A stretch of DNA of 36,318 bases from a virus (Duplodnaviria > Caudoviricetes): positions 1-36,318 of the IMG/VR virus record IMGVR_UViG_3300032301_000209, one strand, 5' to 3'. Of the stretch, positions 9,192 to 18,755 are shown one piece after another (within the stretch, counting starts at the first letter, position 1; the number at the start of each line of letters is the position of its first letter). The notes under the pieces are model-generated. The model did no database searches. It saw only the letters and a list, made by a program, of their open reading frames with translations, and was not told where the DNA came from. A program made the position numbers and the translations under genes.

Positions 9192-9245
9192 ATATGCGCA
9201 TATATCCGTATTTATGCGCATTGATATACGGTAATATAAAAACTT

Positions 9246-9581
9246 ATGATAAAATGTATTTGTGTAGACGACAAGAATCGTCCAAGTAAAGTGCCTAAAT
9301 CCAAATGGGTTAAAGAAGGCAAAGAATACACCGTCATTTTTACACTAATAGTTTTCCCACAGAAAACTTTAGCAGTGCAATTGGATGAGATTGACTTAGA
9401 CGAAAGTTGTATGCCTTACTCTTATTTCTTAGCTAATAGATTTGCTTTTAATAGAGAAGATATTGGCAAATTGGTTGACTTTATTGAGGAATGCACACAC
9501 ATTAATATGTCTATCAAAGAATTGTTAAAACAAACAAATGAAAGAGCAACAAGTACAAGCCAAGAAAATAAAGGAGCTTGA
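9246..9581 (+). CDS. hypothetical phage protein
   Basis: KCICVDD...WVKEGKEYTV...L.EI....RF pattern typical of small phage beta-barrel proteins; in operon. Confidence 0.7.
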   Translation: MIKCICVDDKNRPSKVPKSKWVKEGKEYTVIFTLIVFPQKTLAVQLDEIDLDESCMPYSYFLANRFAFNREDIGKLVDFIEECTHINMSIKELLKQTNERATSTSQENKGA

Positions 9582-9825
9582 GGCTCAGGGGTATTATGTT
9601 ATCAAACTTACAATGACAAACAAGAATGGGATACCGGACTTGCTTGCCATACCAAGAGATAGTGACGTATTATTTATTGAAGTTAAAGCAGCAAATGGGA
9701 AACTATCTAAGCTGCAAGAATATAGATTGAAAGAACTGCAAAACCACGGAATAAAGGTGGAAGTATTTAAAGAACCTAAAACAGAAGAAGATGCAAGGCC
9801 GAAAAGAAATAGAAGAGTTAATTGA
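9538..9825 (+). CDS. VRR-NUC domain nuclease (possible Holliday junction resolvase)
   Basis: E..VQ, GIPDL, FIEVK, GKLS.LQ motifs. Confidence 0.9.
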   Translation: MKEQQVQAKKIKELEAQGYYVIKLTMTNKNGIPDLLAIPRDSDVLFIEVKAANGKLSKLQEYRLKELQNHGIKVEVFKEPKTEEDARPKRNRRVN

Positions 9826-10300
9826 TATTATTAAGAATGTTATGAACGTAGATGTAACCAAGAAAACCAATGAAAGAGTATATGTAGATGGCAGAATGGT
9901 ATTCTCAAAAATATTAACCGATAGAGGTTATGGTATAGCTATATTGGGTAGAGCGCTTAAGAAACACCATTCAAGTATCATCCATTATAGGACTTCAGCC
10001 AATGATTTATTGGATACCAATGAGTTATTTGCTCAGAAATACTTTGCCTGTAAGGATAAATTTATGTCAGATAAGCAAGATGTATTTAAAATATCAAATA
10101 AAGAACAGCTACTTAATCAAATAGATGCACTAATTTTGGAGAGAAATGCCTTATTAAAAGAAGTTCAAAAGTATAAAAGACTTAAAAATATAATTGAGTA
10201 TATAGACAAAAGAACGCCAAACGATAAAGAGTCTTTCGTGCTTAGAAAAATTAACTTAATGTTTAATGGACTAACTGACTATGAACAAGAAATTAAATAG
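9791..10300 (+). CDS. second DnaA domain IV-like HTH protein with coiled-coil tail
   Basis: YVDGRMVFSKIL...LGRALKKHHSSIIHY; shares YVDxR and HSSIIH with ORF 386. Confidence 0.65.
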   Translation: MQGRKEIEELIDIIKNVMNVDVTKKTNERVYVDGRMVFSKILTDRGYGIAILGRALKKHHSSIIHYRTSANDLLDTNELFAQKYFACKDKFMSDKQDVFKISNKEQLLNQIDALILERNALLKEVQKYKRLKNIIEYIDKRTPNDKESFVLRKINLMFNGLTDYEQEIK

Positions 10301-10475
10301 CGAAAACGCTCGAGCAGAGCGAATAGCCTTTAGAATCAATGAACAGCATTTGCTGTTAGCAAATATCTACGAGAATATTGTGGATAGAGACTTTGTGCCT
10401 GCAGAAAGAGATATTAGGAATCTTATTATAGACCTACGACTAATAATAAAATCATTAGAAGACGATGACTTTTGA
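10281..10475 (+). CDS. hypothetical protein (64 aa)
   Basis: Overlaps both neighbours in the same orientation; helical with acidic EDDDF end. Confidence 0.65.
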   Translation: MNKKLNSENARAERIAFRINEQHLLLANIYENIVDRDFVPAERDIRNLIIDLRLIIKSLEDDDF

Positions 10476-10878
10476 AACAGAGATAGACCTAATTAGAGAG
10501 AAGAAAGCAATTGAACTGTTCGTTAGCATATTTGATGGGTCATACAAGAAGCTCGACCCGCAAGATGTGGATTATAAAGTATTTGATAAGGATAAGAATT
10601 TAATAGCTTACGCAGAGGTTAAAGGACGTATTAGAACAATGAAGGCAGCGTATCCTCTACCTTTATCAGCAAGAAAATTAGTCAAGTTAATTGACAAACG
10701 ATTAGCGCCTGTATTGATATGGGCTTGTGAGGATGGTATCATCTATGGCAAAGCAAACAAACTACAAGGAGAAATCAAATGGGGAGGTCGCCCTCCCCGT
10801 GATGGTTCATTTAGTGATGCTGAGATGATGGTCTACTTTGATAAGCAAAAGGAACTTAAGTACATTAGATACGTTTAA
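10465..10878 (+). CDS. putative PD-(D/E)XK endonuclease
   Basis: N-terminal helix with E, then VDY...AYAEVKGR (D...ExK). Confidence 0.6.
   Translation: MTFETEIDLIREKKAIELFVSIFDGSYKKLDPQDVDYKVFDKDKNLIAYAEVKGRIRTMKAAYPLPLSARKLVKLIDKRLAPVLIWACEDGIIYGKANKLQGEIKWGGRPPRDGSFSDAEMMVYFDKQKELKYIRYV
10771..10798 (-). terminator. candidate terminator for the - strand block, embedded in the opposite-strand CDS
   Basis: Minus strand reads GGGGAGG-GCGA-CCTCCCC-ATTTGATTTC, about 77 nt past the stop of the giant gene. Confidence 0.5.
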
Positions 10879-13800
10879 TATAGCTTCTGTAATCCTCCCT
10901 TACCTTTCTCACGTCTTGGAGTGTAATCGTACATCTCATCTTTCATTGCTCTTTCTACACTATCTTTTTCTTTCTTAAGTAATTTCTCTGCTTCTCTTGC
11001 ATCAAAGTCAGGAGCATCAGGTCCAAATGTTCTATACCAAAGGTCATAATCATAGCGCTTCATATCCTCTTGGTTTTGGAATCCCTGAAGTTTTTCCTCT
11101 TCAATTTTATTTTTGTTTTCAGAAACTTTTTTATCCTTCTCTGCTTTCTCAAGGTCTTTGTAAAGGTCTTTCATTACAGCTTTACGAATGTCTTTATATA
11201 AAGGAATAAGACCCGCATTGCCTAATATCTCAAGAGGCATACGAATATTAAGTTCTTTCTTTCTTCTTTCAATAGCATCCTCTTTTGTTTTTTCAGGCTC
11301 TAATGCTTTACGAGTAATGAAGTCAGCAGTTTTTAATGCAGGACCAAATGCACCACCCATATTTAATAAGAAATCAGACAAGTCTCTTTGTCTACCCTTT
11401 TGTTCAGCAGGAACAATTGAATATTGAATAGCATCTTTATATGGGTCGTAATCTCCTTCTCTTAGGAAGTCGAGATAGTTTTCATTAACTCTTTCTAATC
11501 CATAGTTAACCATCATCTTAATGGCGTTACCAAAGTCACGACCTAATGTAAGTGAAGTAAAGGCAGAAGTAAATGCCTGACCAAGTTTCTGTAAAAACGA
11601 CTTTTCTGTTTCAGGCTCTTCATCATCAAAGAATAATCCCATAAGACCTGTACCCATCATTTGAGTTAGCAATGTATAAACAACCATACGTGTTGTAACC
11701 GCTCCAAGTAATGCGACTCCTTGTTTCTTATCTAATGAACCATTACCCATAGCTGCATTAATAGCTGTGCGTGCTGTAACAAATTCAAATATTAAGAATC
11801 GAGTCATAAAGTTATTAAAGTTATTGAACGCTCTAAGTGTTGCACTTTGATTAGGCTTAGTAGTTCCTTTAAGGATACCCATAAATGCATTATCAGTAGC
11901 ACCCGTCATTACAGACCTTTCGTCTGCTAAGGTCTTAGCTTTATTAATAGCCTCTTTATTATCTTCCATATAAGCCTCATCGTTTGCTGCAATCTTTTCA
12001 AAGTCTACATTTTTTCCTGTAATATTCTTAAACTGATTAGAAAAAGAACCAAACCACATTGGACGCATAATTGCTTTATCCGGTGTAGATATTAAAGCAT
12101 CAGCTTGTAGCTCAATAAAATTTGTATATTTCTTGCCTGATAAATTCCAAATCTGTTGAATCTTATTAGCTACAGCATTTTTTGCTTTACCTCCTTTAAT
12201 ACCACTTGCTTGATTTAATATTGAAGTATCAATTAATTTTCCTGATAAAGTATCAGTAGGAAATATTCTATTTGTTTGTTTACTATTTACGTTCTCCATT
12301 ATAAGAGGCGCATCAGTAGACATAATAACTCCTTTATACTTAACTCCTTCTGTAAATGCTTTCGGGTCAGAGATTAAAGCAAATCCAATGTTTGAACTTA
12401 ACTCAGATATAAACCTGCCTGTACCTGCAAGTATCGCACGATATCCTTGCTTGTTAATATAGTTAATTACGTCATCAGCAATTGATGTGCTTACATAAGT
12501 ATTAGTAAGTAAGTTCTCAATAGCTTCTTCAAATGCACTATTAATAGCATTAATAATCTCTCTTTTTTCTTTTGGTATTCTACCTTCCTGCTCTAAGTTA
12601 GCAACTGTTTGGTTGATTGTCTTACGAGCTGTACGAATTGGCTCAGTCAAGTTGTAATCCATTAAGACAAACTTAGCACCACGTTGAGCACTTGCGAATA
12701 CGTCAAAGTTTAATGGAGATACCTTACCTGTTCTCGCTATCAAAGACTTTGCTTTAGTAGATGGTCTCATTGAGTCGTTATACTCAGTGATAAATGCGCT
12801 ACCCGTAGTCAAGTCATTAGGCTGATGCTCGTGTAGTACGTTTAAGTGAACGTAATTATTTAGTGGACTGATTCTATCGCCACGAATAATCGCTGCCGTA
12901 TATTCTGCTTTCTCTCTTAGAGATTCGTTTACACCACGAATATCTTTAATGGCGTCTTTCTCTGCTTGGTTAAATGAATTGTACAATTTTTCATTGTCAA
13001 TATTTCCATCAGCATCAGTGTACTTGTCAAGTATCTCTTGTAACATCTCAGCTTCACGCTCAGCAAACTGAGACTTGCCTGCATCAATATGTTTAATAGT
13101 AGCTTTTAAGTAATTAGCAGCAGGATTTACTTCCTTATTACCTTTATTAGATTCAAATTCAAGTTGAATCATATAAGTCATCATTTTAAACTTAGACATC
13201 AATGTTTTATTAGGGTCAAGTTTAAATGACTTTGCTACCTTCTCTTCAGCTTTTTCTAAAATATTTTGAACCTTCTTAAGTTCTGCGCTAAACTTAGCTT
13301 CACCTTCTGCAGCTTTGTTTAGTATTGAATTGAATATATCCTTTGTCTTAAAGTCTCCAAATAATTGGTCTATATTAAATAATGGGTTTCTTCTAATCAT
13401 TTCAAAAATAGCGCCCTTTTTTGTAATCAATGATTTTGCTCTTGAATACAATCCTGATAATGGAGCAACCTTAGATTTTTTTATAGCAGATGTTAGCACC
13501 TTACCATTATTGATTGCATTCATTTTCTCAACCATCAACTGAGTATAATGAGGTAAATAGTTATTATTAATATTATTAATAACCTTGAGTAAATTTTTTA
13601 ACTCAGTATTGGTTAAACCATCTACTGCATCGGTACCAATAAGCCTACTTAACTCTTTAGCCAAATCTCTTTCATCTTTAGTAGAAAGCTCAGAGCCATC
13701 AACAATAGATTTTTTTACTGCATCAGTTAGTTCATTTCTTTCTGCTGCCAATTCGTCTTCGGTAAGCTCAGTCTCTTCAACTTGCGGAGCAATATCTTCT

Positions 13801-16800
13801 TTATATTTACGCATAGTCTCTGCTTCCTTATCATCAATCTCTTTCTCATCAAGCATTTTTTTAACTGACGCTGCGTAGTCTAACTCATCATCTTTATATA
13901 CTTTGTTATTTGAGTTATTAAATCTGTCAGCTAACTCATCAGCCCTTGACTGCTCGTTGTCAATCTCATCAAGGATAGCTTGAACATCTTTAGTAACTGC
14001 AGACTTCTCATCAAGTGTAAGCACTGCTTGTCTTGCACCAAACATATTAACCAATTCTAAATAACTACCAAGATATTCATTAGGTATAAGCGTTGGATTC
14101 ATAGAAAATAATCTATTCAACGGCCCTACTAATCCATCAGCGATACCAATCTTAGTAACGATATTCTTCTTAGCCATCTTTAACTTACTCTTAGCTACGT
14201 CAATCTTGTCAGCATACTCTGCATTTGCAAATACTTTAGCCATATAGTCAACAAAGTTTGACACTGAAATCTCATTCAGCATATTTACCTTGCCAAATCT
14301 TGATACAATATTAGCTGCTTGGATAGATGTAATCTTTCCTTTTGATGCCATCTCTCTAATGTCCTTAGCCAATTCCTTAGCTGCATCTCTTGACAAGTCT
14401 CTGATTTGCTTGATGACAAGCATCTTTTCTGCTCTTGTAATATTCGTAATATCTTTTAATGCACCAAGCACACGTCCAATTGACACGGCACGCTTAGGTG
14501 CAGCACCCATTTTAGCTCTTGCCTCACGTTCCATTATCTTCTTCTGAGCATCATTGGCATTTTTATACACCTCTGAATTTCTAATAAACGTATCTAAGTT
14601 AGATACTATCTTAGCATCAGCTATACCTCTTGATTTTTGACGAGCGATTAACTCATCAGCCTTTGTCATTAATGCATCGTATTGCGCCTGAATAGGAGCA
14701 ATTTGACTAACAGCATTGATACCATCAATAACATCACGGCTGTTTACATTATTATCTTTAGCAACTCTCTTGATGGCTTCTTGTAATACAACACCTGCGT
14801 CAACCAATGCTTTAATTGCTTTAAGAATGGTTTTCATTACAGGCAATGCTATATTAACACCAAGATTCTCTTTCTCAAACTTGTCAATGTCCTTAATTAC
14901 TTTATCAAGACCTGACTGAATCTTCTGAAGCGTTGTCTTATCATTAGGGTCTAATGCAAGTAAATCATCTAACGCACCTGTTACTTGCTCTTCTACTGTA
15001 GGCTCAGCCTTTGCTTTAGCTTTAGCTTTCTTAGCTGCAACTTTAGCCTTTTCTTTTGCTTTTTTCTTTTGCTCTTTAGTAAATTCTTTCTTCTTAATCT
15101 TATTATAACTATCAGCAACTGCTTGCTTAGCTTCTCCTAATGTTTCAAATCCATCAAAGCCAATCTCATTACCATCAATATCTTCTGCGGTAAATGAGAA
15201 CATTTTATCTTCATCAGTAAGTTTTGTTATGGTTCCAATTTGGTCACCATCTGCATTACGTGCTTCAACAGTAAGTGATGAGATGTATGTTACAGTTCTT
15301 CCGCTTTCAGTTTCTTTTTCATCTTCAAGATAGTCAATGGCATTGTCCTTAGTAAACGCATCAGTCTTAACCTCAGACGCTTGCATAGGGATAAACTGCT
15401 CTTCTTCTATTATAAGCGTAGGCTCAGCCTGAACAGGCTCAGCAACGACTTCTGTATCTCTTTCTTGTAATCCTTCAGGACGCATAGATACATCACCCAT
15501 ATCTTGCTCATCAAACTGAGAGAACTCTTCAGGTAGTAATCCAATCTTTTGTTCTGCAAAAGAACCTTCTTCATATATCTTATCAACTAACTTCTTAGCA
15601 CCTTCAATATCACCTGCCTCACGAAGTTTTCTTGCCTCGTCTCTGTCTTTCTCAATTTTCTCATTAACACCTGAAAAGTTTACAAATGCATTTTGTCCAC
15701 GTGTCTCAGTAGTCATAGCTCGTCTTGCAAGTGGAGAGAACATACGCACGTGTACATTCCAAGCATTCTCTTCACCTTTAGGACCAAATGAATTGCCTAA
15801 CTCAGCGTGTCCAAAGAAATCGTGTACAGCACGGAATAAATCATTTATAAGTAAAGGTTTGCCATTGACATCTTTAAACTTAGTTTTAGCAAGTAAAGGA
15901 TTTTCTTTTCTTTGCTTAGGAGTAATTGCAATATCTCCAAATCCTGATTCTGTAGAGAATATTTTAATACGCTTATTGTTTCTCAAGTCATCAATCATTT
16001 CTTGAGAATTGGCATAAGGCTCTTCATTATTTATTTCTATAGTATATCCTGCATCTAAAAATTCCTTATACTGCTCTATAGTTTCCTTTGCCATTGCCTC
16101 ATATGCCGCTTTGACCTCAGGGTCATTAGGCTTATGCTCCATATCAATAAAGGCTTGGGCTAAGCGTTTTGCTCTTGCTTCATCAAGTCCTCTTGAGCCA
16201 AAGTATTTTGGTCTCTCAGTTCCGAAAATTCGTTGATAATATCTATTCGCAATTTCCGATACTGCCTTGATGGGCTTATTAAAGAGTCTGTTTCCTGAGA
16301 CAGGTCCACCTGTTGGTTTTGTTGTTGGTTCTGCATTTTCTTGTATTTGAGTTGTTGGTTGTGTCTTTAAAGACACTGTAGGTTTTATATCAAATAATAT
16401 ATCAACAGACTTAACTACAGGTGATTCAACACCTTTAGTTTTGTCTTCTTTATATTTATTCATTAATTCATTAACGTCAGCAAATTCAACTTGAGGGCTT
16501 GATTGATTAAGCATTGTGCTTAAAGTAGATAAAGCATCCTGTTTAGCTGCTTGATTTGTATCTGCTCTATCTCCAAATTGGAAACCAAAAAAGTCAGCTA
16601 ATTTTTTAAAAGCCTTATTAGACTTTCTTGTTGCAACTCTTCTCTCGTTTGGAGTTCCTTCACTTGTGGATGTTGCTGCAATATAGTTATCAACTAATTC
16701 ACTTAATTGTCCTCCTATTTCTTGCGACTTCTCATCAGTGATGACTTCTTGGGTCCCTGTGGTAATGACTTGAGGTCCTTGGTCTCCTTCGACCACTTGC

Positions 16801-18737
16801 TGCAATCCCACTTCGGGTTGTTCTGTGCGTAGCACGCCTTCATCTGTTGTTTGTTTTTGAATGGCATCTTGTTGTTTTTTTAATGTTTGTAATTCCTCAG
16901 CAGCCTTAGACCACTCAGGAGATGTTACAGATAATTCAGAGTCAGGAGCAACTAATGCTTCTAACTCAGCAATTCTTGCTGTTCTTTGTGCAGTAACCTC
17001 AGGAGCTTCTATAACCACTGCTTCAACTTGTGGTTTAGACTCCATTATAATCTGTTGTATTTGATTGTTGAGGTCAGCAATCTCTTGCTTTTCTCTTGCT
17101 ACAAGTACATCGTCTTTATTCTGTATGTCAGTTTTTAATTGGTCTCTTTGTCTAAGTAAAGTAGCAATCTGAGCCTTCTCTGCATTGGTAACCTTTAAGT
17201 CTTTTACAGCATTTGAAACCTGCTGTACCTTGTCGAATACATATAATGATTGCTTTGCTTCATCTTCTGAAATCTCACCATCCTTTACTTTCTTATTTAA
17301 GTTCTTAGATAATATATCTCTTGACTTATTAGTATTAGCTATTTGAATTTGCTCTGCTGTAATAGGAGCATCTTTTGACACATTAAATACTTGGTCTAAT
17401 TTTGTATCAGTATCTTTTAATACGGCATTTATCTCTTCCTTAGACTTGTATGTCTCAACAAGATTAGTTATCTTATCCTTTGCTTTCATTGCATTGATAG
17501 GAGCTGTGAACACCACACCACTACCTGCACCTGTTACAAATGCGTCAGCAACACCTTCAAAAGTAGGCTTATTGCTAAGCACATTCTGAGTAATTTGAGT
17601 AGCTGCCTCTTCAATACCTTCACCCAATAGACCAATAGGAGCACCATACTTTGTCAATGCACCTTTATAAGCCTGAACTAAACCATCTCTAAAAATATTC
17701 TTTCCTACTTCTACACCTTCTTTCTTAACAATGTCTTTGTAAACTTGACCAATTGTACCTGTACCAATTGCACTAAATACAGTCTCAGCCGCAGACATAC
17801 CTAATGCTTTTACCGTCTTCTCAATCTCAGGCATATCAGGATTTTCTTCTCCTAATTGTTCTCTATTTTGCTCAAGAAATCCGGCAGTACTAATTGCTGC
17901 TAACTCAGCAGGAGCAAGTGTAGCTCCTCCCATCATCATAGCTATACTTACAGGAGCAGACTCTACAATGCTACTTCCAAGTAATTCAAATGCATCACCA
18001 TAGTTGCCCTTCTGTATATTGTCTACAATACCTGAACTTTCGTATCTTTCTTTATTAAATTTAGCAGTAACCTCTTGTAATCTTTTCTCTTCTTCGTTTA
18101 GCTTATTTAATACGGGATTGCTTATGCCAAACTGTTTTTTAAATGTATCAGCGTTAGCTGCAATGTCCCAACCTGTAGCCCAAGCCAATGCATTCTGAGG
18201 TATAGATGCAATATTGATAACTGTCTCAGGTATAGATGCAACCATCTTCTCTAATGAGGTAAGACCTGATAATGCTCTTGTGCCTATGTTTTTTAAGTAA
18301 ACATTTTCTTCCTCAGGCATTTCAAGCGCTCCTAAATTCTTAATTAATTTTTCTTTCTTAGGCGGAGCCATCTCAGGTATAACATTCGTTATAGTCTCAG
18401 GAAGAGGCGTAACACCTGTTGGCGTTGCAAATCCTGTCTCTGCTGCTACTTGTCCTTCTCTAAGAAATTTAGGAAGCGGTTTTGACGAAACCAAAGAAGT
18501 ATCTTCCGAAGGTAATTCCGTAGTACCTTTTTTTTTTAACTCAGGCTGAGCACCTATACCCATAAGAACTTTGTAGTCTTCAATACTTTTACCATAACCT
18601 TGTGCCGTAAATAGATTATAAGAATCATTCAATGCGTTAGGATTAGTAGCAATTAAACTCTTAAAATCGTCAATGCTTTTACCATATCCTTGTTGAACAA
18701 ATAAGTTATAGGCATCTTGTATTGCTTGCTCGTTCAT
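10875..18737 (-). CDS. giant virion/ejection protein (2620 aa), polyvalent type, with zincin-like domain
   Basis: Last gene of the virion block; largely helical; Gly/Ala-rich hydrophobic segments with GEGIEEAATQ near the N-terminus; HDFFGH...GEENA motif; hydrophobic helices near the C-terminus. Confidence 0.7.
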   Translation of the reverse strand: MNEQAIQDAYNLFVQQGYGKSIDDFKSLIATNPNALNDSYNLFTAQGYGKSIEDYKVLMGIGAQPELKKKGTTELPSEDTSLVSSKPLPKFLREGQVAAETGFATPTGVTPLPETITNVIPEMAPPKKEKLIKNLGALEMPEEENVYLKNIGTRALSGLTSLEKMVASIPETVINIASIPQNALAWATGWDIAANADTFKKQFGISNPVLNKLNEEEKRLQEVTAKFNKERYESSGIVDNIQKGNYGDAFELLGSSIVESAPVSIAMMMGGATLAPAELAAISTAGFLEQNREQLGEENPDMPEIEKTVKALGMSAAETVFSAIGTGTIGQVYKDIVKKEGVEVGKNIFRDGLVQAYKGALTKYGAPIGLLGEGIEEAATQITQNVLSNKPTFEGVADAFVTGAGSGVVFTAPINAMKAKDKITNLVETYKSKEEINAVLKDTDTKLDQVFNVSKDAPITAEQIQIANTNKSRDILSKNLNKKVKDGEISEDEAKQSLYVFDKVQQVSNAVKDLKVTNAEKAQIATLLRQRDQLKTDIQNKDDVLVAREKQEIADLNNQIQQIIMESKPQVEAVVIEAPEVTAQRTARIAELEALVAPDSELSVTSPEWSKAAEELQTLKKQQDAIQKQTTDEGVLRTEQPEVGLQQVVEGDQGPQVITTGTQEVITDEKSQEIGGQLSELVDNYIAATSTSEGTPNERRVATRKSNKAFKKLADFFGFQFGDRADTNQAAKQDALSTLSTMLNQSSPQVEFADVNELMNKYKEDKTKGVESPVVKSVDILFDIKPTVSLKTQPTTQIQENAEPTTKPTGGPVSGNRLFNKPIKAVSEIANRYYQRIFGTERPKYFGSRGLDEARAKRLAQAFIDMEHKPNDPEVKAAYEAMAKETIEQYKEFLDAGYTIEINNEEPYANSQEMIDDLRNNKRIKIFSTESGFGDIAITPKQRKENPLLAKTKFKDVNGKPLLINDLFRAVHDFFGHAELGNSFGPKGEENAWNVHVRMFSPLARRAMTTETRGQNAFVNFSGVNEKIEKDRDEARKLREAGDIEGAKKLVDKIYEEGSFAEQKIGLLPEEFSQFDEQDMGDVSMRPEGLQERDTEVVAEPVQAEPTLIIEEEQFIPMQASEVKTDAFTKDNAIDYLEDEKETESGRTVTYISSLTVEARNADGDQIGTITKLTDEDKMFSFTAEDIDGNEIGFDGFETLGEAKQAVADSYNKIKKKEFTKEQKKKAKEKAKVAAKKAKAKAKAEPTVEEQVTGALDDLLALDPNDKTTLQKIQSGLDKVIKDIDKFEKENLGVNIALPVMKTILKAIKALVDAGVVLQEAIKRVAKDNNVNSRDVIDGINAVSQIAPIQAQYDALMTKADELIARQKSRGIADAKIVSNLDTFIRNSEVYKNANDAQKKIMEREARAKMGAAPKRAVSIGRVLGALKDITNITRAEKMLVIKQIRDLSRDAAKELAKDIREMASKGKITSIQAANIVSRFGKVNMLNEISVSNFVDYMAKVFANAEYADKIDVAKSKLKMAKKNIVTKIGIADGLVGPLNRLFSMNPTLIPNEYLGSYLELVNMFGARQAVLTLDEKSAVTKDVQAILDEIDNEQSRADELADRFNNSNNKVYKDDELDYAASVKKMLDEKEIDDKEAETMRKYKEDIAPQVEETELTEDELAAERNELTDAVKKSIVDGSELSTKDERDLAKELSRLIGTDAVDGLTNTELKNLLKVINNINNNYLPHYTQLMVEKMNAINNGKVLTSAIKKSKVAPLSGLYSRAKSLITKKGAIFEMIRRNPLFNIDQLFGDFKTKDIFNSILNKAAEGEAKFSAELKKVQNILEKAEEKVAKSFKLDPNKTLMSKFKMMTYMIQLEFESNKGNKEVNPAANYLKATIKHIDAGKSQFAEREAEMLQEILDKYTDADGNIDNEKLYNSFNQAEKDAIKDIRGVNESLREKAEYTAAIIRGDRISPLNNYVHLNVLHEHQPNDLTTGSAFITEYNDSMRPSTKAKSLIARTGKVSPLNFDVFASAQRGAKFVLMDYNLTEPIRTARKTINQTVANLEQEGRIPKEKREIINAINSAFEEAIENLLTNTYVSTSIADDVINYINKQGYRAILAGTGRFISELSSNIGFALISDPKAFTEGVKYKGVIMSTDAPLIMENVNSKQTNRIFPTDTLSGKLIDTSILNQASGIKGGKAKNAVANKIQQIWNLSGKKYTNFIELQADALISTPDKAIMRPMWFGSFSNQFKNITGKNVDFEKIAANDEAYMEDNKEAINKAKTLADERSVMTGATDNAFMGILKGTTKPNQSATLRAFNNFNNFMTRFLIFEFVTARTAINAAMGNGSLDKKQGVALLGAVTTRMVVYTLLTQMMGTGLMGLFFDDEEPETEKSFLQKLGQAFTSAFTSLTLGRDFGNAIKMMVNYGLERVNENYLDFLREGDYDPYKDAIQYSIVPAEQKGRQRDLSDFLLNMGGAFGPALKTADFITRKALEPEKTKEDAIERRKKELNIRMPLEILGNAGLIPLYKDIRKAVMKDLYKDLEKAEKDKKVSENKNKIEEEKLQGFQNQEDMKRYDYDLWYRTFGPDAPDFDAREAEKLLKKEKDSVERAMKDEMYDYTPRREKGKGGLQKLY
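16361..16376. repeat. 16-bp palindromic element, copy 3 (GTGTCTTTAAAGACAC, perfect)
   Basis: Inside the giant CDS in a T/Q/P-rich linker. Confidence 0.9.
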
Positions 18738-18755
18738 ATTTTTATTTTATATCAA

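Noticed and set aside
10875-18737. crAss-type virion RNA polymerase
   Set aside because: No DxDxD catalytic motif of the DFDxD type was seen; the only DFD noticed (PDFDARE) is in the charged C-terminal tail.
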